From IMG/VR virus record IMGVR_UViG_3300047392_000164, positions 7,199 through 71,198 of that record: a DNA stretch of 64,000 bases; one strand, written 5' to 3'. This document shows positions 50,413 through 58,057 of this stretch, piece after piece (the first letter of the stretch is position 1; every line of letters starts with the position of its first letter). The position numbers were made by a program, and so were the translations under genes. This stretch comes from a virus. Below the pieces are notes generated by a model. That model was not told where the DNA came from, made no database searches, and saw only the letters and a program-made list of their open reading frames with translations.

Positions 50413-50993
50413 AATTAGCTGAATACGAATTTCCTCTTCTAATTGTAGAAAATCTATTCAACGAAGAAGAACTAGTACACGTATGGAATGAGATTGATAG
50501 TGTCAATCAATTCATGATGAAGCCTGATTCTTTTTCTGCAAAACAACTTGATGGAACTTTAAAGAAGAATAATAAAGCATGTTGGATTGACATGGTCTAT
50601 GGTCCTAATAGAAATGCTTCATTCATCTTAAATTCTCACAAAAAGATCTTCAATAAAGATTTTGAAAAAGCTGCAAGTGATATGCATTGGTTTTATAGAT
50701 ACATGTCTCATCTTACTAAAGATGCTACACTATTAAACTTTTATGAAAATGATGATCACTATCATTCACACACTGATGATTCGACTATCACTACACTCAT
50801 CTGGCTTTGGAGAGAACCAAAAGCATTCACAGGTGGTGACATGATCTTTGACGACAAACATCTTTTTCCTATTCAAAATAATACAATGGTGATGTTTCCT
50901 AGTTGTATTAACCATGAAGTTACTAAAGTAAACATGGAAGATAAGCCCGGCTATGGCCGATTTGCAATTACAATTTTTTCACATATTATATGA
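50409..50993 (+). CDS. 2OG-Fe(II) oxygenase
   Basis: Y..HTD, F.GG, FPS...HEV, R. Confidence 0.85.
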   Translation: MKLAEYEFPLLIVENLFNEEELVHVWNEIDSVNQFMMKPDSFSAKQLDGTLKKNNKACWIDMVYGPNRNASFILNSHKKIFNKDFEKAASDMHWFYRYMSHLTKDATLLNFYENDDHYHSHTDDSTITTLIWLWREPKAFTGGDMIFDDKHLFPIQNNTMVMFPSCINHEVTKVNMEDKPGYGRFAITIFSHII

Positions 50994-51859
50994 TTCTCAT
51001 CGATTACTCTCAGGTTTGTGTTGCAGCAATCCTTGCATTTGCTGGCGACCTAAAGAAGGGCGATACCAATGAGAAGAAAAATCTCATTAGACACGTGGCA
51101 CTCACGTCTATCAAGGCGTACAAGAAAAAGTACGGCAAAGAATTTGGTGAAATCGTCATCTGTTGTGATGGCCGCAACTACTGGCGCAAAGACGTGTTTG
51201 CAAACTATAAAGGTCTGCGTAAGAAAGCACGTGAAGAATCTGACCTCGACTGGGGCATCATCTTTGACACACTGTCTGAAATCCGTGAAGACATTCGTAC
51301 ATACTTTCCTTACAAAGTTGTGCATGTTAATAAATGTGAAGCCGATGATGTGATTGCTGTCCTTACTGAATCTACTCAAGAGTTCGGTAAGCATGAACCA
51401 GTGATGATTGTATCTTCCGACAAAGACTTCAAACAACTCCATGCTTATGACAACGTCAAGCAATTCAGTCCTATGCTGAAGAAATTGATTACAGTAAATA
51501 AGAAGGAGCTCAAGGCATGGCTAACTGAACACATCGTTAAAGGTGATGCAGGTGACGGCATTCCAAACATCTTGTCTGACGACAATGTGTTCATGGATGG
51601 TGTACGTCAAAAGTCTATCCGAGCTGAACGTCTGCAGGAATTTATTGACAAAGGCATTGATGCTTGCCGTAATGATACAGAACGCCGTAACTGGCAACGT
51701 AACATTCAGCTAGTCGACTTTAGCTACATTCCTGAAGACATCAAGGCAACTGTTATGGAAGCATTCGAAGTAGAACCTACTGGTGATAAGAATGCTGTGA
51801 TGAACTATCTTATCAAAAACAAGTGTAGACTTCTGTTGAATGAAGTAGAGGAATTTTAA
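50990..51859 (+). CDS. rnh: T4 RNase H (5'-3' exonuclease)
   Basis: YWRK...YK..R, EADD, SSDKDF.QL, GD.GDG.PN. Confidence 0.93.
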   Translation: MILIDYSQVCVAAILAFAGDLKKGDTNEKKNLIRHVALTSIKAYKKKYGKEFGEIVICCDGRNYWRKDVFANYKGLRKKAREESDLDWGIIFDTLSEIREDIRTYFPYKVVHVNKCEADDVIAVLTESTQEFGKHEPVMIVSSDKDFKQLHAYDNVKQFSPMLKKLITVNKKELKAWLTEHIVKGDAGDGIPNILSDDNVFMDGVRQKSIRAERLQEFIDKGIDACRNDTERRNWQRNIQLVDFSYIPEDIKATVMEAFEVEPTGDKNAVMNYLIKNKCRLLLNEVEEF

Positions 51860-52299
51860 TGGCTACGAAATATATTACTGAAATGCTTGAGGAGATCAAT
51901 AGTGATCCCAAGCAGATTGAAAAATATAAGACGAATGCAGCGCTGAAGTTTATCTTTCAGCATGCATTCATTCCTGAAAAGAAATTTGAATTGCCGGAAG
52001 GTGACCCACCTTTCAATCCAGACCCAGCGCCGTTGGGAATGTCACGCGCAAATTTCGTTATGGAAACAAAGAAGCTGTACATCTTCACTAAAGAACGTCC
52101 ATTGAACAAAGTTCGCAAAGAACAACTGTTCATCCAACTTCTTGAAAACATTCACCCATCCGAGGCTAAGGTTCTCCTTGCGGTTAAGGATCAGAAGCTA
52201 AATAAACTATATAAGAAGATTACTGCAAAGCTTGCAGCAGATCATGGCTTCATTCCAGAACAGGCAAAAGATGAGGAAAAAGCACCAAAAAAATCTTAA
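51859..52299 (+). CDS. Conserved T4-like hypothetical protein
   Basis: LPEG.PPF, E.LFIQLLE..HP.EA. Confidence 0.75.
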   Translation: MATKYITEMLEEINSDPKQIEKYKTNAALKFIFQHAFIPEKKFELPEGDPPFNPDPAPLGMSRANFVMETKKLYIFTKERPLNKVRKEQLFIQLLENIHPSEAKVLLAVKDQKLNKLYKKITAKLAADHGFIPEQAKDEEKAPKKS

Positions 52300-52486
52300 G
52301 GTTATTCTCTCGATGGAGCAGGAAGAGCTCGCTCACTGGTTGGCAAACTTGCCGGACGACGAAATCGAATACGTTGAGTGGCTGGTTGAAGAAGTTGAGT
52401 CTTCGTTGGACAACATGATCCTTGAACAGGTCGGTCTAGATGAAGCACGAGAAGTAATCAAAAAGTATACACTTCCAAAAGGTTGA
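52271..52486 (+). CDS. Hypothetical protein
   Basis: Similar to 18605..18823. Confidence 0.6.
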   Translation: MRKKHQKNLKVILSMEQEELAHWLANLPDDEIEYVEWLVEEVESSLDNMILEQVGLDEAREVIKKYTLPKG

Positions 52487-52502
52487 CTGCTTTAGTCAAC
52501 TA

Positions 52503-52531
52503 TGTACAATAATTCGTTTCTGTGGTATAAT
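52503..52531 (+). promoter_or_regulatory. Early-type promoter
   Basis: TGTACA-ATAATTCGT..-TATAAT. Confidence 0.8.
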
Positions 52532-52554
52532 TACTCTAACAACTGGAGAAAAAC

Positions 52555-52695
52555 ATGGGAATGATGAAGAACATTTATGCGCAAGTGGAAGATCTTTACT
52601 ATGATGGATACGCTCCAATCGAGATCGCCGAAATGACAGGTCTCCACTTTACTGAAGTGGTTTCCATTCTTGAAGAACTTGGAGAATTCGCTTGA
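52555..52695 (+). CDS. Small HTH-like protein (46 aa)
   Basis: GGAG SD; GY.PIEIAEMTGL; not in the track. Confidence 0.6.
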   Translation: MGMMKNIYAQVEDLYYDGYAPIEIAEMTGLHFTEVVSILEELGEFA

Positions 52696-53981
52696 TTATT
52701 GACATCCTAAACGAAATCGCTGCAACGTCTTCTCGCAATGAGAAGGAAGCAATCATTCGTCGTGAAATCAACAATGAAGATCTGAAGCAAGTTTACTTCT
52801 TGGCTTACGATCCTTTCACTCAGTTTTACATTCGTAAGATTCCTGCTTATACGACTTCGCCTGGTCGAATGGATGGACAAAAGTCTCTTCAATCTGCTAT
52901 GCGAGATCTGAAGGAATTGAGTACTCGTCAAGTCACTGGTAACGCTGCAATTGCATTCCTTGCAAATGTACTATCACTAGTGAAAGCTGAAGATGCTCAA
53001 GTGATTGAACGTATCATCGGCAAAGATTTGAAGTGTGGTGCTTCTGATTCAACTGCTAATAAAGTGTGGCCAGGTCTTGTGCATGATTATCCTTGTATGT
53101 TGGCTTCAGCATACGATGAAAAGCTTGTTGCAAAGATGAAGTGGCCAGCTATGGCACAATTGAAGATGGACGGTATGCGTTTTAATGCCATTGTTAAAAA
53201 TGGCAAGTGCGAATTTCGTTCACGCAATGGTAAGGAAATCGATCTTAAGGGTAACCTTGAAGAAGAGTTTATCAAACTTGCAAACAAACAAGACTTTGTC
53301 TTTGATGGCGAGCTAGTTGTGTTTGAAGATGGTAAGATTCTTGATCGTCAAACTGGTAATGGCATCCTCAACAAAGCTGTTAAGGGTACTATCACCGAAG
53401 AAGACGCCAAGAAAGTTCATGCTACGTTGTGGGATTGTATTCCTTACAATGTGTTTAGCGGTGAGAAGTCTTGCAACATTCCTTATTCGATACGCTTTAG
53501 CATATTGCAAACTGCTGTATCTTTTGATAAGATTCACGTTGTTGAAAGCAAACAAGTTGCTAACATTGATGAAGCGCAAGAAATCTTTAAAGGTTACTTG
53601 GCTGATGGACAAGAAGGCATCATTCTAAAAGATATGAATGCGATGTGGGAGAACAAACGAGCACGTCATTTGATTAAGTTCAAAGGTGAGTTGGAATGCG
53701 ATCTAAAGATCGTAGGTATTCAAGAAGGCACTGGCAAATACGTTGGTAAAGTTGGTGCTTACATTTGTGAGTCTGAAGATGGCATCGTTAAATGCGATGT
53801 AGGTTCGGGCTTCAAAGACAATCAACGTGAAATCGACAACAGTGTTATTGGTAAGATTGTTGCAGTGAAATATAACGCACGGATTAAGAATAAGCAAGGT
53901 GAAGAGTCTCTCTTCCTTCCTATCTTTTTGGAAATGCGTGAAGATAAAATAATTGCAGATTTTAGCAAAAATATTGCGTGA
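52692..53981 (+). CDS. 30: ATP-dependent DNA ligase gp30
   Basis: KMDGMR, DGEL, EGIILK, SLFLP. Confidence 0.95.
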   Translation: MIIDILNEIAATSSRNEKEAIIRREINNEDLKQVYFLAYDPFTQFYIRKIPAYTTSPGRMDGQKSLQSAMRDLKELSTRQVTGNAAIAFLANVLSLVKAEDAQVIERIIGKDLKCGASDSTANKVWPGLVHDYPCMLASAYDEKLVAKMKWPAMAQLKMDGMRFNAIVKNGKCEFRSRNGKEIDLKGNLEEEFIKLANKQDFVFDGELVVFEDGKILDRQTGNGILNKAVKGTITEEDAKKVHATLWDCIPYNVFSGEKSCNIPYSIRFSILQTAVSFDKIHVVESKQVANIDEAQEIFKGYLADGQEGIILKDMNAMWENKRARHLIKFKGELECDLKIVGIQEGTGKYVGKVGAYICESEDGIVKCDVGSGFKDNQREIDNSVIGKIVAVKYNARIKNKQGEESLFLPIFLEMREDKIIADFSKNIA

Positions 53982-54027
53982 GAGCGTAAGAAACGTATAT
54001 ATAATATATCAACACAAAGAGGCAGCA

Positions 54028-54135
54028 ATGCATTTAACTTCTATACTCTCCGCGAAACTAGGTTATGGCTTTAATAGCCAGGCTGACGTACGCCCTACAT
54101 CAATTGAAGGATGGGGTCTAGGGTCTAAGAAGTAA
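54028..54135 (+). CDS. Putative attenuator leader peptide (35 aa)
   Basis: GAGG SD; 31 distinct codons among 35; its 3' end forms the antiterminator strand. Confidence 0.7.
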   Translation: MHLTSILSAKLGYGFNSQADVRPTSIEGWGLGSKK

Positions 54136-54193
54136 GAAGCGCATACGCTCACTCCTCTTAGGCCCTACTGAAAAGTTAGGGCCTTTGTAGTTT
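54119..54193 (+). terminator. Alternative antiterminator/terminator
   Basis: 54119-54130 pairs with 54156-54167 (12 bp), or 54160-54167 pairs with 54177-54184 followed by TTGTAGTTT. Confidence 0.7.
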
Positions 54194-54197
54194 CTAG

Positions 54198-54313
54198 TGT
54201 ACAATAATTCGTAGGTGTGTTACAATACATCTACTGTCTGGTAAAACAGACAAACATCGGTAAGAAAAATATTTTTCCAAACGGTGTACAAATAATCGTA
54301 GTTGATGTATAAT
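54198..54313 (+). promoter_or_regulatory. Tandem promoters of the tRNA array
   Basis: TGTACA-17-TACAAT and TGTACA-17-TATAAT. Confidence 0.8.
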
Positions 54314-54323
54314 ACATCTCTAC

Positions 54324-54351
54324 TGCTGATAAAGCAAATGTTCTTTTAAAA
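54324..54351 (+). promoter_or_regulatory. Small hairpin plus boxA-like antitermination site
   Basis: TGCTGATAAAGCA followed by TGTTCTTTTAAAA. Confidence 0.55.
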
Positions 54352-54367
54352 TTCAACGGTATTTTGT

Positions 54368-54441
54368 TCCCTGATGGTGTAGCGGTAACACAACTGACTT
54401 TGACTCAGTCGTCCCAAGTTCGAACCTTGGTCGGGGTGCCA
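54368..54441 (+). tRNA. tRNA-Gln(UUG)
   Basis: Cloverleaf, loop CTTTGAC, CCA. Confidence 0.9.
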
Positions 54442-54531
54442 TATTGAAATACATTCAAGCAATGACATGGCTGGTAGGCATGTATCTTGCTGGACTAAAG
54501 ACCTACTACGTCTGAGTGTGTTTCAATATGG
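54439..54531 (+). repeat. CCA-pairing long hairpin, copy 1
   Basis: CCATATTGAAATACATTCA / TGAGTGTGTTTCAATATGG. Confidence 0.8.
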
Positions 54532-54537
54532 TTTAAT

Positions 54538-54611
54538 CTGGGTGTAGGATAGTGGTAGTCGACGAGTCTTGGATACTCGAGGTGCAAGTTCGATTCTTGC
54601 CTCCCAGACCA
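54538..54611 (+). tRNA. tRNA-Pro(UGG)
   Basis: Cloverleaf, loop CTTGGAT, CCA. Confidence 0.85.
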
Positions 54612-54622
54612 CAAGTTTTTTT

Positions 54623-54711
54623 GGTGTGTGTTCCCTTCAGCGGTCTGTAAAATCGTTGTCTTAAATTTGAAGGGTGGCAGACAGATGGTTCGATTCCTTC
54701 ACACACCACCA
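54623..54711 (+). ncRNA. D-armless tRNA-Tyr(GUA)-like RNA with pseudoknot
   Basis: Acceptor stem, GTA loop, T arm, ACCA; CCCTTCA pairs with TGAAGGG. Confidence 0.7.
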
Positions 54712-54716
54712 GTTTT

Positions 54717-54791
54717 GGGGACAGCTCAGGGGAGCGGCGGTGCCTTGCAAGTTCCGTGACTAGAAGGGTTCGATACCCTCGGTCTCCACCA
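54717..54791 (+). tRNA. tRNA-Ala(UGC), atypical
   Basis: G3:U70, loop CTTGCAA, short D arm, extended anticodon stem. Confidence 0.7.
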
Positions 54792-54797
54792 AGTTTT

Positions 54798-54896
54798 AGG
54801 ATGGTTGCAGCAAACAATACTTAAGGTTCGATTCCTTATTTTGCCACCAATACTCGGCAGAGTCGCTCAATGGAGAGCATCAACCCATCCTGTTGT
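54798..54896 (+). ncRNA. CAGCA-module RNA enclosing a circularly permuted tRNA
   Basis: T arm and ACCA precede the 5' acceptor strand and D arm, inside an AGGATGG/CCATCCT stem. Confidence 0.75.
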
Positions 54897-54903
54897 ATTT
54901 TAT

Positions 54904-54993
54904 GGTGTGGTCCTATAATGGTATTAGAGCGGATTGCTAATCCGTCGGCTCACGAAAGTGGGCTTCTGAGTTCGAGTCTCAGTCACACCGCCA
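54904..54993 (+). tRNA. tRNA-Ser(GCU)
   Basis: Long variable arm, loop TTGCTAA, G73. Confidence 0.9.
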
Positions 54994-54998
54994 ATTTT

Positions 54999-55098
54999 GG
55001 GAAATGTGCGTAAGGTACGCAAAACAAAAGTATTCTGTAAAGAATATTTGCAGCATCAAATAAAACACTAGTTGGTTCGATTCCAGCATTTCCCGCCA
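54999..55098 (+). ncRNA. tRNA-like RNA with the CAGCA module in place of the anticodon arm
   Basis: Acceptor, D and T arms, GCCA; GTATTCT-GTAA-AGAATAT-TTGCAGCA. Confidence 0.7.
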
Positions 55099-55104
55099 AA
55101 CAAT

Positions 55105-55180
55105 GCGTGCTTAGCTCAGTTGGTAGAGCAGAACGTTGCCAACGTTCAGGTCGCAGGTTCGAACCCTGTAGCCCGCACCA
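55105..55180 (+). tRNA. tRNA-Gly(GCC)
   Basis: Loop TTGCCAA; unusual A73. Confidence 0.85.
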
Positions 55181-55190
55181 CTTTCGGTTC

Positions 55191-55265
55191 GCGCTTATAG
55201 CTTAATGGTAAAGCAGCGAACTCATAATTCGTTGAGTCTAGGTTCAATTCCTAGTGAGCGCACCA
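55191..55265 (+). tRNA. tRNA-Ile2/Met(CAU)
   Basis: Loop CTCATAA. Confidence 0.85.
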
Positions 55266-55299
55266 ATTTATTTTTGAGGTAGAAAATGTAGGAGAAATC

Positions 55300-55860
55300 A
55301 TGTCACACGTCTTAGCTTTAGATGCATCAGGTTTGCCACGGAAGTGGATCAACTATGAAGATGCTATTACATACTTTGCAAAGGGAATGGTCGTCTGGTC
55401 ACTAGGTGAAACAGTCGCAACTTTCCATGGTGGAGTACAAAAGGACGGTGTGATGTCGATACTCGAAACACCTTCTATCATTGCTGTAAAAGGCAAAGGA
55501 TTCAATCTTGAACGCGCTGGTAAGGTTATCTTGACAAACAAGACTTTGTTTGCTCGTGACCGACATGTATGTGCTTATTGCGGTGACAAATTTGCTAACT
55601 CTCATTTGTCTCGTGACCACGTACATCCAGTATCTCGTGGTGGTGAAAACACTTGGATGAACTGTGTAACAGCATGTATCAAGTGCAACACTCAAAAAGG
55701 TGCACGCACTCCAAAGGAATTTGGACATGACCTTTTGTATGTGCCATACGAACCTAACCATTTTGAAAACATGATTCTCCAGAATAGAAACATTCTGACA
55801 GATCAAATGGAGTACTTGATGGGTGGAGTTCCAAAGCACTCACGTATTTTGATGAATTAG
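55300..55860 (+). CDS. HNH endonuclease
   Basis: RD..CAYC, DHVHP.SRGG..W.N...C..CN..K. Confidence 0.9.
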   Translation: MSHVLALDASGLPRKWINYEDAITYFAKGMVVWSLGETVATFHGGVQKDGVMSILETPSIIAVKGKGFNLERAGKVILTNKTLFARDRHVCAYCGDKFANSHLSRDHVHPVSRGGENTWMNCVTACIKCNTQKGARTPKEFGHDLLYVPYEPNHFENMILQNRNILTDQMEYLMGGVPKHSRILMN

Positions 55861-55866
55861 TAACAT

Positions 55867-55943
55867 GTACGGGTGCCCGAGCGGCCTAAGGGGACTGATT
55901 GCAAACCAGTTATTCGTGGGTTCAAATCCCACCCCGTACTCCA
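55867..55943 (+). tRNA. tRNA-Cys(GCA)
   Basis: Loop TTGCAAA, U73. Confidence 0.9.
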
Positions 55944-56130
55944 GATCATAAAATGGCTCAAAAAGCCCTATATGAATCAACAACTTATGTGACTGAAATG
56001 CACCAGAATGCATTCTAGATCACATAATGTATATCCTACCGCTTGAGTGACATACGTTCATTCTGGCAGCTGTAGTACTTTGGTACTACTTCTTAATAGT
56101 TGACAAGAACAGTAAACTATTAAGAAGTGG

Positions 56131-56159
56131 TGTACAATAAATCGAGATCGTGATATAAT
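56131..56159 (+). promoter_or_regulatory. Early-type promoter
   Basis: TGTACA-17-TATAAT. Confidence 0.75.
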
Positions 56160-56190
56160 TACTCTATCAAATCAAGAAGGAGTAGTTCAA

Positions 56191-56382
56191 ATGGCTCGTA
56201 AATCAAAAGACATCGTCACTATCGTAGACGGCGTGAAAGTTACTCAATGTGCTTATCGCGGTCCACGTCGAGGTGAAGGTACTTATGACATCAACAAGTC
56301 GAAGTATACCGTTTGGGCACAGACTGTGTCTAAGTACACACGTGGTACAAATGGTGTTCTTGGAACTGTCGAAAGAATTTAA
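56191..56382 (+). CDS. Small basic hypothetical protein
   Basis: AGGAG SD and its own promoter. Confidence 0.7.
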   Translation: MARKSKDIVTIVDGVKVTQCAYRGPRRGEGTYDINKSKYTVWAQTVSKYTRGTNGVLGTVERI

Positions 56383-56400
56383 AAATAGTTCACTTAATTG

Positions 56401-56471
56401 TGTACAACAAATCGTAGATAGTGTATAATCTCTATCTACTTGCTTATAAAGCAAATACCGTTCTTTAAAAA
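56401..56471 (+). promoter_or_regulatory. Promoter, hairpin and boxA-like site of the second tRNA operon
   Basis: TGTACA-17-TATAAT; TGCTTATAAAGCA; GTTCTTTAAAAA. Confidence 0.7.
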
Positions 56472-56573
56472 TTTATAGGTGAACTTTCTAAGTCTTCGGT
56501 CGAATACGAAGCTTAAGTTCACCGTTTTTAAACTTGTTAGAAGCATGACATGTCGTGAGACATCGCTTCTTAT

Positions 56574-56648
56574 GCTGGGTTCGTCTATCGGTTAGGACAC
56601 ATGCCTTTCACGTATGTAAGACGGGTTCGATTCCCGTACCCAGTACCA
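56574..56648 (+). tRNA. tRNA-Glu(UUC)
   Basis: Loop CTTTCAC. Confidence 0.9.
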
Positions 56649-56710
56649 TTTTTAAACACACTGCCGAACAATCAAATTGCTTAGCAGATGAGTAGTGTGT
56701 TTAAAAATGG
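56646..56710 (+). repeat. CCA-pairing long hairpin, copy 2
   Basis: CCATTTTTAAACACACT / AGTGTGTTTAAAAATGG. Confidence 0.8.
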
Positions 56711-56714
56711 TAAT

Positions 56715-56790
56715 GCTCTGTTAGCTCAATTGGGAGAGCGCGACACTGTCACTGTCGAGGTAAGGGGATCGAAACCCCTACGGGGCGCCA
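56715..56790 (+). tRNA. tRNA-Asp(GUC)
   Basis: Loop CTGTCAC, G73. Confidence 0.9.
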
Positions 56791-56799
56791 AGTTTTTAT

Positions 56800-56875
56800 G
56801 CAGATATAGCTCAGACGGTAGAGCAGTAGCCTGAAAAGTTATGTGTCGCTGGTTCGATTCCAGCTATCTGCACCA
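56800..56875 (+). tRNA. tRNA-Phe(GAA)
   Basis: Loop CTGAAAA. Confidence 0.9.
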
Positions 56876-56882
56876 AGTTTAT

Positions 56883-56957
56883 GCCCTTGTAGCTCAGAGG
56901 AAGAGCAAACGCTTGATAAGCGTTAGGTCGACATTTCGAAATTGTCCAAGGGTACCA
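56883..56957 (+). tRNA. tRNA-Ile(GAU)
   Basis: Loop TTGATAA. Confidence 0.9.
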
Positions 56958-56962
56958 GTTTT

Positions 56963-57020
56963 AGGATTCATTCAGCAAATAAAAATCTTTTTGGAATAAA
57001 GAAAAAGCGAATCCTGTTGT
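56963..57020 (+). ncRNA. CAGCA-module RNA enclosing a lone anticodon stem-loop (GGA)
   Basis: AGGATTC/GAATCCT; TCTTT-TTGGAAT-AAAGA. Confidence 0.7.
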
Positions 57021-57024
57021 TTTT

Positions 57025-57109
57025 GGAGGTGCCGCCGTAATGGTATGGCAGGAGACTGTAAATCTTCCGACTTATGTCACAATTGGTTCGATCCCAATCA
57101 CCTCCACCA
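57025..57109 (+). tRNA. tRNA-Tyr(GUA)
   Basis: Loop CTGTAAA, variable arm. Confidence 0.9.
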
Positions 57110-57117
57110 AGTTTTAT

Positions 57118-57192
57118 GGCCTAATCATATAGTGGTTATTATACCTGCCTGTCTAGTAGGATATCGGGGTTCGATTCCCCGTTAGGTCGCCA
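57118..57192 (+). tRNA. tRNA-Asp(GUC), second copy with U37
   Basis: Loop CTGTCTA, G73. Confidence 0.8.
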
Positions 57193-57198
57193 GTTTAT

Positions 57199-57274
57199 TC
57201 CCTAGTAGCACAGCGGTAGTTGCACTTGACTGTTAATCAAGGTGTCCGTGGTTCGATCCCACGCTGGGGAGCCA
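57199..57274 (+). tRNA. tRNA-Asn(GUU)
   Basis: Loop CTGTTAA. Confidence 0.9.
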
Positions 57275-57360
57275 GAGCAAATAGAGATCTTGTTTTGATG
57301 CATGGTCTCTCAACGGTTGTCAATGACGATGGGTGATAGTTAGGAATTGACAAGAATTAT

Positions 57361-57438
57361 TGTGGTAGAGCAAGCATGGTGTAGGCGCTTCGCTGTTAAC
57401 GAAGAATGAGCTAGGTTCGATCCCTAGTACCACAGCCA
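57361..57438 (+). tRNA. tRNA-Asn(GUU), second copy with atypical D arm
   Basis: Loop CTGTTAA, G73. Confidence 0.8.
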
Positions 57439-57444
57439 AGTTTT

Positions 57445-57510
57445 AGGATAGGTTCAGCAAATAAAAGCATTCAACTTGTAATTGAAAAAAGCTAAAAACT
57501 ATCCTGTTGT
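57445..57510 (+). ncRNA. CAGCA-module RNA enclosing a lone anticodon stem-loop (UGU)
   Basis: AGGATAG/CTATCCT; TTCAA-CTTGTAA-TTGAA. Confidence 0.7.
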
Positions 57511-57514
57511 TTAT

Positions 57515-57591
57515 GGGGATGTGACGCAATTGGTAGACGTACTGGTCTTAGAAACCAGGTCCTGTGGGTTCGAGTCCCACCATCCCCACCA
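57515..57591 (+). tRNA. tRNA-Leu(UAG), short variable arm
   Basis: Loop CTTAGAA. Confidence 0.85.
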
Positions 57592-57594
57592 AGT

Positions 57595-57745
57595 TTTGTA
57601 AGTGTAGATGTTGTGAAAGTAGGAACTCGAAATCCCTGTGAGTTGTCCGTACGACAACCTTGTAGCAACTAATACTACGTACCTCTAACCCTAACGTATA
57701 CTGGGCGAAATGGTTCCGAATGAGAGAGGCGGAACTACTTACAAA
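57595..57745 (+). ncRNA. Unclassified structured RNA
   Basis: Closing stem TTTGTAAGT/ACTTACAAA and internal hairpins. Confidence 0.55.
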
Positions 57746-57798
57746 TTCAATCTCGCCTTGACTTATGGCGTACAATGTGATAAGTAGTAAGTCATTTT

Positions 57799-57873
57799 AG
57801 ATTGTAAACTTTGATGGTGAAGTCCGGCCTCTTAAGCCGAGAGAACCCAGTTCGAGTCTGGGACGATCTACCA
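57799..57873 (+). tRNA. tRNA-Lys(CUU)
   Basis: Loop CTCTTAA. Confidence 0.85.
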
Positions 57874-57978
57874 TATTGAAATACATTTGAATGCTTAGGC
57901 CAAGCAGATGTAGCGGATTACAGCCCGATAGCTTTCGGGTAGGCAGGTTCAATTCCTGCGAAGTGTATTTCAATATGG
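57871..57978 (+). repeat. CCA-pairing long hairpin, copy 3, enclosing tRNA-like arms
   Basis: CCATATTGAAATACATTT / AAGTGTATTTCAATATGG; internal GCAGG-TTCAATT-CCTGC. Confidence 0.8.
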
Positions 57979-58051
57979 GCTGTTAGTGATAATGGGAGCA
58001 CGAGGCCTTTGCACGGCTTAGGTGGGAGTTCGATCCTCCCACGGTCCACCA
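57977..58051 (+). tRNA. tRNA-Ala(UGC)
   Basis: G3:U70, loop TTTGCAC. Confidence 0.85.
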
Positions 58052-58057
58052 AAATTT

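Noticed and set aside
424-53897. Minus-strand ORFs
   Set aside because: They are shadows of + strand genes with no recognisable motifs.
385-53981. Amber-recoded genetic code
   Set aside because: Core genes are full length under the standard code, with no in-frame TAG.
53953-54027. Longer 60-aa version of the leader ORF
   Set aside because: It starts at a TTG inside the ligase gene with no SD; the ATG at 54028 has GAGG.
55944-56130. Intergenic inverted repeats and AATCAACAACTTA as a recombination site or origin
   Set aside because: The hairpins are real, but I cannot tie them to any function from sequence alone.
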